From assembly GCA_001179505.1 (NCBI GenBank), contig CDMY01001036.1, positions 155,740-219,739 of the forward strand: DNA of 64,000 bases, in the 5' to 3' direction. The translations under genes and the position numbers were made by a program. The notes under the pieces were generated by a model that saw only the letters and a program-made list of their open reading frames with translations, made no database searches and had not been told where the DNA came from. Shown here piece by piece: positions 47,771 through 60,945 of this stretch (position 1 is its first letter; every line of letters starts with the position of its first letter). Source of the DNA: Vitrella brassicaformis CCMP3155. Its lineage: Eukaryota > Protista > Chromerida.

Positions 47771-50010
47771 ATGAGTGAGTCGGCATCGAAGCGGCAGAGG
47801 CAGACGGCGGAGGGAGAGGAGGATGACTCGAATGACAGAGACCACGAGGCCGTGATGGACACCGACGGCCAGCAGCAGCAGCAGCAGCAGCAGCAGGCCA
47901 CGGCATCGCACGCCACACACACCATAGATTTGGAGGCCTTTGCTCATCGCTTCAGCCAAATCGTAAGATGCACCGAAGGAAACACAGGCAGACATCCTCA
48001 TTGTCTCCTCTCTCTGTGTCTGTGTGGTGTGTGTTGTCCACTCAGCCTGTCGTCGTCGGCTACGTCTTCTCGTTCGTATCGCTTCACTTGGTGGCGGCGC
48101 TGCCCCAGCGGCTGTGGCGCCACGTCGGCTGCCAGATCACCCAGCTGGTCATGGACACCTACGACACGGCCGAGCGGCGCTTCTGGTGCGGCCTCTCATT
48201 CAGTGACGCCTTCGAGTGGGGCCGGCGGCTCACACGGCTCAGGTCCATCGTCGCCAAGTACCCGAAGAACCTCAACATCCTAAGAGAAACCCGAAGTGGG
48301 CACGTTTATCATCACGTTCACTCTCTGTCGCCGGTGATCGGGAAGTTCGTCACGGCATTGGTGGAGGGCCACAGTGAGGGGCGGAGAGGCGCATTGGCCA
48401 CAGCAACCGGGCAGCAGGCGCCAACCACCTTGGAGTCCATCGACATAAGCGAGGGATCGATCATATCCGCCGACGAGGCCGAGGGCCGCGAGATCAAAGC
48501 GGCCGACCAGCGGTTGGTGGCTCTCTCCCCGCCCCTCGACCCGCCCCCGGCCCTCACATCCATCAGCTCCATTATCATCCCGGGATATGGGCCTTCCTGT
48601 CCCGGCCGCGGGCGCCAGTGGCAGCTGTCGTCGCTTGAGACAGTCCAGGTGCGGGGGACGGTGTATCCGGAGATGTTGGGGGGGCTGGTGGCCACGTCGC
48701 GACGCCTCAAGGAGCTGCACGTGGAATGCACTCTTAACACCATGGCAGGGTCGCTGGCGCAGATCCCTGTGGCAGCCGCGGGCCAGCCGGGCCCCCTGTC
48801 ACAGCTGGAGGACATCGGAACCCTCAGTGTGAGCACGAGCGCTGAGGGTCTGGAGCCCCTTCAGGTATGCGACGAACGAAACAAGATTCACAAAATCAGA
48901 GAGAGTTGGCGAGAGCTTGCTTGTGAATTGCGTGTGTCTTTGTGCAGGCTGTCCTTGTCGATCGTGGCTGCCGCTCCATCAAGAAGCTCAGCGTCAAGAT
49001 CGAGGAAACCCACATCGACAGCGGCATCTTCGCGACCCTCGTGGCCATCGAGGCCTTCGCCCGTGCCGTGTGTGTACGGCGTGACATCCCCGTCGACATC
49101 AAGACTGGGGCAATATATTGGACCAGGGCCTGCTTCTTTGACCTGTCGCTCCTCTGTGACACTCCCACGAGCCCCGCCTCCTCATTCTTCGTGCAAAGGC
49201 ACATCCAGCAGCTGGCCGCCGCATTAGAGGCAGCCCTCTTCACCATCCGCCCCCACCATCTCACCACCCCTCTCGACACGCCCAGCCCCGCTGCCATCGC
49301 CCTCGCACAATGCCTGACATTCCCCAACGTGAAGGATGTGGGAATGGAGACATCACACAACTGGGAGCCTGACGATGATGCCGACCAGCCCGACCCACTT
49401 GTGCTCGACAGCATACCCGACAATGCATTCCCGGCCGCATCGCGTCTCCGGTGCCACAGCCGTAAGGGGCTCGCGATTGGCCGCAGGCTGCTGACCAAGA
49501 TGCCGGCGGCCAAACGCATTGACCTGCGGAACCCGACAGAGGAGCAAGCGGTGGGGATGCTGCAGGCGGTGGGCGGGGGGAAGTCGTTGGGGTATTTCAA
49601 TGCCGATTGGGTGACGGATGTGGGCGAGGGGGGGCTGACGTGGGGCGACATGGCGGACCAGCTGCCGACCATCACACGGCTGTTTATTACCATAGAAGGT
49701 GAGCAGCAACCAATCGGCAGCTCTCGCACGCCAGCCCATTGGACGTTATGTATGCCTTCTTGTGTGTGCAGTGCCTGAGGATGTGGGTGACGGCGATGCC
49801 GCCGGTGAGTTCGGCATTGCGTGCGTCAAGTCGCTGCTCAAGATCCGCGGCATCAAGGAGCTTCTGTTCGAGCTGCGGCGAGGTGGAGGGCAGCACTTCA
49901 GGCGGCTGGTGGAGGAACGGACACATGGCGATACCATTGAAGGGCTGGAGGGGCGGTACGACATCGGCTGGGGGGGATATATGCTCATTCTCCAACAACT
50001 GGACACCTGA
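47771..50010 (+). CDS. F-box-like/degenerate-LRR family, copy C (intact)
   Basis: ORFs 47771, 47968, 48942 and 49699 splice in the same 4-exon pattern. Confidence 0.8.
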
Positions 50011-50929
50011 CTCATCCGTGGCTGCTGTGGGGGAGACTAACTTAAGCTGCATGTTTCATGAGTGTCTGCGTGCTGGACTTGTAAAGACACACACGAGAAT
50101 CAAAGAGTGGTTGAACCTTCGTCTACCAGTATGTCCGTCCCTACGTGTGTGTCCGTGTGCACGGGGCCACCATGCCCCCGACAGACAGACAGACAGACAG
50201 GCAGGCAGCCACCCACACACACATCCAGCCCACCAACATGTGTGGCAATCTCTCCGAGAAATGATGTGTCCGTGCGTGGAGTGGCCAACCGCCTGTAGAT
50301 AGGTCAGCCAGCCAGCCAGTTGCACGACAACAAACTAGCCCAGACAGACAGACATCTATACGAGAAAACCGGATCGATCGCTGTTGGTACGTTGATACAA
50401 GGAAATGGGGCAAGGTCACTGGTTGATGTGATGGATCGACACACGGCCTATACGCAGGACAGTCGGCAACTCGGCAACGCACACAGGCAGGCAAGCAGGA
50501 AATACTCAGTCTTGCGCCACACACATACACCCACACATACACCCACACACACACACGCAGGGGAAGAAGAGATGTCCACATCAGCCACCACACGGAATTC
50601 CGGTCAGTGCGTCGCACTCACTGCATTCATTGCCTCATGTCCCATCCCACAAACCAAAGCCCCTCGCCCAACAAGCCGAGGAAACCAATCGCCAATGCAC
50701 ACAGACGACCGGACGGGACGACTGCCAACAGAAAAAGAGAGACAACACAGCCAAACGAGCTGACAGACACGCGAAGGAACGAACACCCAATAACTACAAA
50801 ACGGCCTTGCTTCGCTTCAACCCACCCCCACCACGTGTATGTGTGTCGGACAACACGTGTGTGGTCCTCCTCCCTTGGTTGATGGGCTGTCTGTTCTGTC
50901 CAGCTGGAGTCAGCCCCTTCCTCAGTCAG

Positions 50930-53900
50930 TCAGTCGAGTTTTGGGATGCATTTGTGGTAGATGTCTACGAGCGTGTTGGGGTGGATGGAGTAGAAGGTGT
51001 CCCACTCCTCCTTGTCGCTCTTGAACTCATAGAACTCCGCGTCCTCAGCCTTGTAGACAAACACACAAACACACACGCAGGCAGGCAGACACATACAGAC
51101 GCTGACGCCCCTGCCTGTGTGTGCGCGAGGCGCATCTCCTTCTCTCTGTCAGACTTACGATTGCGTCCTTGACGACTTGTTCCTTGCACTTGACCACCAA
51201 CTTGTCCACCTCCAGCTGATCATCAGGATGGACGGATGGATGGACCCACACACATCGTGTCGTGTGCGATGCCGTGTGGATCGGCTCACCTCGGCGTGGT
51301 GGTTGCGCTTCGAGAACTGGCCGGCATAGGTCTTGTGCAGCCACTGCAGCAGCTCCACCACCTGGACACAACCACAACCACAACCACACCACACCAGACC
51401 GAGTCCACACATCCGTGTATCCTGTCAGGCGTGCCTCAGACTCGTACCATTTGTCTGAACTCTGGTTTCTTGATGCCTGAGATGAAGTGCTCGACGGTGA
51501 GCTCGAAGTTGAGCTCGCCCTCGGTCATCGACAGCACCGCCTCGTGGCTCACCCTGCACCCATCGGTCCATCCACCCACACCCAGACGTACACATCGACC
51601 GACATATGGTATGCTCGTGTGCATGTGCAACCTCCCTCCCTCTCCACACGCACTTTCTGGATCCGCATTTCGGTTCGATCTTCATGTCGGCCACGAGGTG
51701 CCACACATTGCGGTAGAAGTCGGCGGGCACACTGACACACACACACAGAGAGCCATGCACGCACACATGGTGCAGCTATGGATGTGTGTGTGTGTGTGTG
51801 TGTGGTGCCGTCCTTGAAGGCCGCCCACCGGCTGATGACGCCGTTGAGCTCCCGCAGTATGCCGAATTTGGGGTCGAATCTGACACAGACGCCCCATGCA
51901 ATGCGATGTCATCATGCCACCCACGGTGGGGTATGTGTGTGTGGTGTACGTGAGTTCAGGTCCGGTTTGCTCTGTCCACGCAGCCACGAAGAAATCGCCC
52001 GTCTTGTCCTTGCTGAGCAGCTCCTGCACACACAACACAACACAGCGAGCGGCCTCCCCCTCTTAGATGGATGTCTGTGTTGATCCATCCATCCATCCAT
52101 CCATCCACTAATCCATCGATGTGTGTGTGTCTGACCGTGAGAGCCTGCTGCACTTCGTATGGCTGCAGTCCGAACAGCACCGTGGCCTCCAACGCATCGC
52201 TCTTCATGCCACGCAACGACCACTGCACACACAAGAAGGTGCGTATCCTCCGTGTGTGTGTGTGTGTGTTCGTGTCCTTGGTTGGTCGTAGGTGCGTACC
52301 GTCCGTCGTGCGGGTGCCTTGTCGACGCTCATGATGGGCTCGCCCACCTTGCCACCCAGCGTAGGCGGCAGCATACCCACAGCGGCCTTCACAACCGGCG
52401 ACGGCATGTTCTCCGCCTCCTATTGGTCAATCCATCCAGGCATCCATCCATCCATCCATTGATCTGAGTGTCTGTGTGTGCACAGTACAGGTGACCCACC
52501 TTGACGAGGAGTCTGAGCAGCAGGTTTATCTCGAGTCTGTGGACGTTGGTGATGAGGTCGGTCTTGCGGGCGAGGCGGGCGACGTGGTAGAGCAGCTCCT
52601 GCACCAGGATGCACTCCTGCCAGTTGCCCTCGCACCGCTCCAGGATCATATCCGCCACTCGGTGGGAGTTTCCCAACTCGGGGGTCATCACCACCCTAAA
52701 CACACACACAGACACACAGGCAGACATGACAAGCGTGAGTGTTGCGGGTGGGTAAAGGGCTGGGCGTGGGTGTGGGTGTACCAGATGGTGTCATTCCTGC
52801 TGTTGGGGTCGTTGCAGTCGTGCAGCAACACGGTGATGCCGTTCTCAACCAACAAACATGACACCGCCCAACTCAGCTGCAACACCCCAAAAACACACAC
52901 ACACACACATGGCCACCCCGAACCCAACAAAAGCCTGTCCACCCATCCATCCACTCACCCTGTCGAATTTAAGGTTGAGCAGAGCTGCGGCCTTTCTGGC
53001 CACTCGCCAGTTGTCGCCCCTCCCGGCTCTCTCCAGCACCTCATAGACGAGCTTCCGCACCGTGGGCGAGCCGGTCTGTCCGCTGAACCCCGTGTTGGTG
53101 GAGTCGAGCCCCTGGGCCTTGACCACCTGCTGCAGCACGTCCAGCTGCTCCTCCAGGGGGGAGACCTCGGGCAGCATGTCGAGCTTGGTCTGGAAAGGGA
53201 CAAATGGTGTTTTGGCGAGGTGTTTTGGTGTTTTCGCGAGGTGTTTAGAGCAGACTCATGGCACCTTGGTGTTTTGGCGCTGCCACGGGCAGGTCTGGGA
53301 CTCGGTGGGACACGACGGGATGTAGTACATCGGCATCTCCGGCGTGTCCTCTGTTGATAGAGGGAAGCCGAGCAGACACAACAAGATGTCGAGGAGGGTG
53401 GTGGGTGTGATTGTGTGTCTGTGTCTGTGTGTGTGTTGTAGTGGGGTCGCAGACCGATTCCTGGCCCGTGGAAGTGGAACTCCTTACGGACATAGCCCAC
53501 ATTGACGGTCTCTGTGTTTGGGGGGGAGGGGGGCACACACAAACACAAAGGGGCACATGGCAGGGAGACCCACTAAAGTCACAGTGACTGACTGACCGGT
53601 GTGTTTCATGCTGACGAGGTCGTCGATCGAGAGGAGTCGGACGCGCACGAAGGCCTTGGAGTGAGCCGGCACCTCCGGCAAATCAGCAGCAGAGGGGTGA
53701 GGCTGCTGTCCACGGTGCTGACACACACACACACACACAAACACACGTCTTTGATAAATTAGTGTGCGAGTGACTGAGTGGCTGAGTGGCTGAGTGGCCG
53801 ATTGGTTGTGGTGTGTCTGCACCTGAGGCGACGTCGGCGCGGTCAGCTTCGTCTCTCCGCCGTCCTTTTTGTGCTGTGGCGAAGTCACGTCGAATGTCAG

Positions 53901-56900
53901 CTCCTCACGGGGGGCACGCTGGACAGGCGCACACACACACATGCAGACAGACAGACAGACAGAGGTGTATGAGTGCTGCCATGGTGTCACTGACCCACCG
54001 CCCGACCGCCCGCCCGACTTACCTTGATGTGTGTGACTGAGGCGGGCCGTGCCCTGCCCAGCGGCAGGGCGTCGGGGGATGCCACCTCGTCGGGCCGATC
54101 GAAGGCCGACATCAGACGCTGCACCAATGAGGGGGGTCACCAAAGGCGTCAGTGGGCTCTAAGCGTGTGTGTGTGTGTGTGTGTGGCTGGTGCATACGAG
54201 CAGTTCGGTGTTGGCGAGCATGTCAGCGGTGAAGTATAGCAGCACGACGGGCAGCGCATTGCCGGTGTCCTGCACGCGCCAGTTCTCCGTTATGTACTTG
54301 AGCGTGTTGCGCACACTCTACACACACCACACACCAATCACACACGCACACAGAGTCTAGCAACCGTGAGCCTGTGCGTGTGTGTGTGTGCGCACTCGTG
54401 TGTAGAGGTGGGGGTCGTAGTTGAGCTGAGAAACAAGCATCAGCCAACAAACAAACAGGCAGGCCACCGTGCAGTGCAGGCATTTTGTTGACTTGGTGTG
54501 GTGTGTTGTGTTGTGTTGTGAGTACGTAGAAGTCCCGGTCGAGTATGTCGAGGGTCCAGCAGGTGAAGACACACAGCTTCCCGATCTCGCTCGCTATACT
54601 CGGCAGACTACACACACACTCAGCGATCGTTGGATGGATGGATGGATGGATGGGCTGTGCGTCTGTGCGTACCGGTAGACTCTGGACGTTGTGAGCGACC
54701 CGATGGGCCGCTTGGGGCGGCCACTCATACCCAGCTCATGACACTCGCCCACACCCTGATGTGCAAACACACACACAGAGACAGACAGATGAACACATAA
54801 AGGGGCTCTGAGCTGCTCATGTGTCATGTCATGTTATGTCATGTGTGTGTGACCTGGAAGAGTCTCTCGAGGTCGGCGTGTCTTCTGAAGTGGATGTTGT
54901 GCCTCTCGCGCGCCTCACTCGGGTACGTCACCACAAACCCATCACCTAGAAACAAACACATTCACCACACACACAGATATGTGCAGCCGTGCAGGGCGTC
55001 GTGTTCGTGTGTGCCTCCCTCCCTCCCTCCCTCCCTCCTTGTCTACCCATTCTAGCCTCGAGCTTCTCAGCGACGGATCTGTTCTCGGCGCACACGACCA
55101 CCTGGACGTACTCGCAGTAGTCGGGGCCGTCCAGGAGCTTCAAACGACGCTGCAGCGGGTCGATGTCCTGCACACACATCAGACACACATACACATACAC
55201 ACACATCCGTGATGTCTGTGTGTCTGATTGTGTGAGGGTGTGGTGGTGGATGCGTACGTCGAGGTCCATGATGCCGTCGTGGATCATCTCGCCGATGAGA
55301 AACAGCGACTGTGCCCATATCAATGGCACGTTGTCGTTCGGGCGACGGTGCTGACTGCAGAGGGCATGGACACACACAGACACACACACATCACGACACT
55401 CTCATTGACTGACTCGCGAGATGCCTTGTGTGTGTGTGTGTGTGACCTCTGTGGTTTTCGTTTCTCGTTGTCGATGTTGTGTCCTTCGACCCAGTAGACC
55501 TCGGGCAGCATCGGATAGCCGTCACGCCACTGCACACAGTTCTGCACTCACAACACACACCACACACCCACCACACACGCGATCACACCCACACACACAT
55601 GCGCCATTCTTGTGTCTGTCTGGTGTGTGTGTGGGATGAGTACGTTCATGATTTTCTCGCGGTAGTGCTCAGCCCGCTTGTCGTCATCTGTCCGTCGGAC
55701 ACACACTTGATGTGTGGGTGTGAGAGTCTCTGTGTGGCCAACCATGGAACAGAGCCTCCAGGTAGAGGTAAGTGAAGAACAGCGGCCACTCGCACTCGAT
55801 GTGCTCAAACTTCTTGAGCTCCCATATCTCGTAATGCAATCTCGAGTGGTCCTCGTTGGCGCACTGGTGGCCGTCCAGCAGGAAACGCTTGCACCCGTGG
55901 CGCCCCTCCAGCAGGCTGCTCAGGGCGTCGCGGGTCTTCTGCAGAGTCTCGCGCGACGACACCGCAAACCCGGGAAAGCCGATGATACTCAGCAACGCCG
56001 CATCCGTCTCCTGCACACATGTGCTGCTATATGTCAGTGTGTGTGTGTGTGTGTGTGTAGGTGGTGTGTGTGGTGACCTTTGAGAATGACTCTCTCGGTA
56101 GGCTTCTGGAGAGGTGCTTTCGGCAGCGGGCGATCTCGTCGGGGAAGCAGATGACTTTGCTGCCAGTGGCGTTGCGCGAGTGGAACAAGTCCAAGCCGTC
56201 GCTGGTCGACAGATGGCGAAACGGCACACACACACGCGCGCGCACTCAGTGATCCCCCCATGTGTGAATGGGTGTACACCACACACACAGAATATGTACG
56301 CGTACATGGCTTCCATGGCCGCCTTGGCCATGCCGATCGAGCTGCAGTTCAACTCTGGCTCGCCGTTGTTGATCTGAACAACGATTCACACACAGATGTG
56401 CAACAGGTGTGGGCGAGCCGGGCCGTGTTTGCCTGCCTTGTTGCCGCGCTCCCAGATGCCGAAATCCTGACAGAGACGCACACAGGTGTCCAGCCGTATG
56501 TTTCCTCCGCGGTCGCCTGGCTGGCTCACCGGTATCTTGTAGGCCTGCTCGATGTAGTAGACCAGGTTCTGCATGAAGTTGACCTCGTGGGCCGTGCAGA
56601 TGATGCGCAAACCGGATGCCGTCATGTTGGCCACCGCCAACACGAAGATCGACGTCGCGTCCACTTGCAGATGGCCCCACTGACACACACACACACAGGT
56701 GTGATGTCCGCCTTTATGTGAGGGTGTTTGTTGGTGCGTCGTTGTGTACTTTGTCGTCGCCGACGACCGTGTTGCCGCTGTTGGTGTCGTATTTGGCGTG
56801 GAGGCAGTCCATGTGGTGGGTGGTGTGCTTGAACTTCTCCACCTTGTGGGACTGCTTCATCATCGCTATAACACACACACACACCCCATTGCATCACGCC

Positions 56901-57515
56901 CATGCCCGTGTATGTGTATGTGTATGTGTATGGGTGTGTCATGGTTGCGTACAGTGCAGCAGGCCTCTCATGTTCCTGACGGCGGCGTTTTCGAGCTGGA
57001 AGGCCCTGTCGCCCGCAGGCACCTTCCGGTACACCAAACCCAGCGCCCACACAGCCAAGATGCTGTACACTGACCATCACAGCACCGATGGACCGATGGA
57101 TGGATGCCACCACAGTCGAACAGACAGACAGACACGCACAAGGAAAAGTCTTTCATTTGTCGGCTGCATGGCTGGCTGGCTGGCTGGGCTGTCCTGCCTT
57201 ATCCTCTCATGTGTTGGTCATGAATTGTCGGTCGTACCGTTGTCGCGCACCCAGGCATCGGTGTAGTTGCCGTGTGTGGTAATGGCAGTCGACGCGGGCA
57301 GGAGCCCTGCATAGATAGAATGACATGACAGGCAGGCACACGCAAGACAATCAGAGGGGACGTTCGGTTCTCGCCATGCATGCCTCTCTGTGTGTGCGTG
57401 TGTGTGGCCGTCAAGTCCCCTCACCTGTGTGGTGGTTTTGCTTCTGCAGGATGAGCCTGTCCACCAGCTGGTAGTGCTTGTCCAGCCTCTGAAGTATCTC
57501 TTCACGGCTCTGCAT
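50930..57515 (-). CDS. Phosphorylase kinase regulatory alpha/beta-like protein (GH15-fold)
   Basis: [24 protein letters not shown]|[47 protein letters not shown]|[108 protein letters not shown]. Confidence 0.92.
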
Positions 57516-57706
57516 GCCGGCAACGCGATGAAACACTCAGGGCCTCCTCTGAAAGAACCCGATGGAAAAGGCAAAGGCAGGGAGGGAAGGGAAAGCTCCG
57601 CAGCTAAGCTCGCAGACCTCCTCAAAAGCGAAACAGCCACGAAAGCAACGCATTGCCGGGAGGCAGGCCTGAAGGTGCTGCGAAGCATTGGACTGATTTG
57701 TGGGCA

Positions 57707-58448
57707 ATGGAGAGCAACGCATCTATCACGGCCTCGTCGCTGCTGGAGCCGCCGCAGCGGCCTGGGGAGACCACTGACAGGCACGTCATCCGGCGCAACA
57801 TCCAGGGCCTGCTGCGGGCCATCCAGCACGAGTATGTGGCGCCCTCCATCTACGTCGCCACTGGAGCTGTGCTCACTGCATGGGGCGCCCGGTGCCTTTT
57901 GCGGATGAATCGGTTCCTCTCTATGCGGTATGCGGACATCCCCTACCAGATCAGGCGGCCCGACAGCCTGGCGAACCGTGTGGCCGCCTTCAAGTGTCTG
58001 GTGCTGGGGGGATCTGTCGTGCCCATCTTCACCCTTGGCTTCGTCTATGTCATGAGGTATACACACACACGGACTGGGACAGCAGACACACAGTCGGAGC
58101 TTGCAAAGGAATGTTGGTCTCTCTCTCTCTCCATGTGTGTGTGTTAGAGTGCGTCCAGGTCCCGATGAGGCCGTGTTGATGCAGCCCGACTGGCAGTACC
58201 AGCTGTCCCGCGCAGGCAAGGTGGCCAAGTATAATGTGGGCGAGTGGCTCAAGCGGCTGGGCCTCACCACAGAGAGTGAGAACATGCGGTCGTGGGTGGC
58301 GATGGCCAAGAAGATGACCATGCACGAGTATTACCGCACCATGGGGCTCGACAAGGAGCTGCTGGCTCAGGCGAGGGAGAGGGACAAGAAGCGACTGGAG
58401 GGGATGGGCCAGCCCATGATTGAGAGCGGGGAAGACCTTGTCCGATAG
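57707..58448 (+). CDS. Hypothetical 2-TM membrane protein (2 exons)
   Basis: Hydrophobic IYVATGAVLTAWGA and LVLGGSVVPIFTLGFVYVM. Intron joins in phase, AG|A GTG CGT CCA. Confidence 0.65.
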
Positions 58449-58822
58449 CCAGACAGATTGTGAGACAGCCAGAATCACGGCATAAGTGGTGTGTGGACGC
58501 ATGTGTCGGTGATATGTTGAGGGGCTGATATGTCGGAAGCTCAAACGTCGTTCGGTCCTCATGCGTGTCGGTACAACTCCAACACGCACTCATTCATCCA
58601 CGAGCGATGCAGCTTACTTAGTCCACCCCACAGCGGCCACACATGAGAGCATCCCTCCAGCATGGCACCCCCACATCTCTCCCTCTGCACCTCATTCTAT
58701 TCTACACATCAGCTAATGATGGGCCGACCTGACAGGCAAACGTACAGCCCAAAACACACCGCCGGCAGTGGACAAGCACGCCCATACCAGGTAGCCAAAC
58801 CGTACGCACCTGTCGTCTTTCT

Positions 58823-60945
58823 CTAGGTGTTAAGCCGTTTGAGAGTGAGGAATCGTCCCAGATATCCCCTCCAGCTGATGTCATACCGCCCCTCCAGCCC
58901 CTCGATGGTGTCGCGATGCGTCCGCTCCTCCACCAGCCGCTTGAAGGCATCGTGGGGCACCGGCTGAAACTTGAGCTCCTTGACGCCTCGGATCTTGAGC
59001 AGCGACTTGACGCACACAATGCCGAACTCGCCGGCGGCATCGCCATCACCCAAATCCTCAGGCACTGCCGACAAGGACACATAAAGGGGGACAGCAGGGA
59101 GAGTCGATTGAGGCGATTGCTTGCAGCTCACCCTCTACACGAAGGTCCAGTACTGTGACGGTCGGCAGCTGATCCACGATGTCGCCCCACGTCAGCCCCC
59201 CCTCACCCACACCCGTCACCGGCCAGGCCTCGAAACACTCCAACTCCCTCTCCCCACCCACCGCCTGCAGCATCCCCACTGCGTGCCCCTCTTTCGACTT
59301 CCACAGTGCAATGCGTTTGACCACCGGCATCTTAGTCACCAGCCTGCGCCCACTCGCGAGCCCCTTGCCGCTGTAGCACCGGAGACGCCATACAGCGGGG
59401 AATGCGTTGTGAGGCATGCTGTCGAGCACAATCGGGTCGGGCTGCTCGTCGTCATCGTCAGGGTCCCAATCGTCCTGGTCCGACACTGTCACGGTCGTCG
59501 CACTGGGGAATGTCAGGGATCGTGCGAGGGCCATGGCAGCGGGGCTGGGCGCGTCGAGAGCGGTGGTGAGATGGTGAGGGCGAAGGACACTGTGTGGGCT
59601 TTGGCGGCCATCTGCTGGATGTGCCTCTGCACGAAGAATGAGGGCGCGGGGCGGATGGGGGTGTCGCAGAGGAGCGACAGGTCGAAGAAGGAGGCCCCGG
59701 TCTTGATGTCGACGATGTCGGAGCTCACACAGACGGCAAGTGTGAAGGCCTCGATGGCCGCGAGTGTCGCGAAGATGCTGCTGTTGATGGAGTAGTCCTC
59801 GAGCTCGACGCTGAGCTTCTTGATGGAGCGGCACCCACGGTCGACGAGGACGGCCTGCACACAGACACACGCAACTCACAAGGAAGCTCTCGCCCTCTCT
59901 CTCTGATTTTGTGTATCTTGTGTGGTTCGTCGCATACCTGAAGGCCCTCTAGATCCTCAGCGCTCGCGCTCACGCTGAGGGTCCCGATGTCCTCCAGCTG
60001 CGCCAGCGGCCCCGGCTGGCCCGGAGCTGCCGCCGGGATGCGCACCAGCGACCCAGCCATGGTGTCAGGGTGGCATTCCACGTGCAGCTCCTTGAGGCGC
60101 CGCGACGTGGCCACCAGCCCCCCCAACACCTCACAGTCATACACCCTCCACAGCCTCCCCTCCACCTGCACCCTCTCGAGCGACGGCAGCTGCCAGTGGC
60201 GCCCGCGGCCGGGGTAGGAGAGCTCATCTTCTGGGATGATAATGGACGTGAGGGATGTGAGGGTCAGGGGCGGGTCGAGGGGAGCCGTCGACGGCTCTCT
60301 CGCAGCTCGGATATCGCGGCCCTCGGCCTCGTCGACGATGATGGTCGACTCGCACTCGCTTATGTCGATGGACTCGAGTGTGCTCCGCCCCTGCCGCCCC
60401 ACTGCTGTGGCCGCTGCGGCTCTCCGCCCGTCGCTGTGGCCCTCCACCAATGCCGTGACGATCTTGTCGATCACCGGCGACAGAGTGCGGTGGTTATACG
60501 CGTATGGCCGCCGACCAGGAGTTTCACTTAGGATCCGAAGGCTCTTCGGGTACTTAGAGACGATGGACTTGAGCTGTTTGAGCCGCCGGCCCCACTCGAA
60601 GGCGTCAGCGAATGACAGGCCGCACCAGAAGCGCCGCTCGGCCGTGTGGTGGGTGTCCATGACCAGCTGGGTGATCTGGCAGCCGACGTGGCGCCACAGC
60701 CGCTGGGGCAGCGCCGCCACCAAATGAAGCGACACGAACGAGAAGACGTAGGCAACGACAACAGGCTGAGTGGACAACACACACCACACAGACACAGAGA
60801 GAGCAGACAATGAGGATGTGTGTGTCTGCCAGTGGATTCGTTTGCTGCATCTTACGACTTGGCTGAATTGCTGTGCGAAGGCCTCCAGATCTATGCTGTG
60901 TGTGGCCTGCTGCTGCTGCTGCTGCTGCTGGCCGTCGGTGTCCAT
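58823..60945 (-). pseudogene. F-box-like/LRR family, copy D (lost N-terminal NLS segment; frameshift in exon 3)
   Basis: 14 nt instead of 18 nt between AAAGCC and CGCCCTCAC at about 59583-59596 shifts the frame. The MSE..KRQR start is replaced by unrelated sequence. Confidence 0.7.

Noticed and set aside
39200-50320. Tandem repeated units as a CRISPR-like array or a transposon
   Set aside because: The units are 4-kb intron-containing genes. No short repeat-spacer periodicity, RT, integrase or transposase motifs.
51800-51830. Additional GC donor in the PHK gene (GACG|gcacca)
   Set aside because: An upstream GT donor (CG|gtgggc) gives the correct phase, NGVISR|VPADFY
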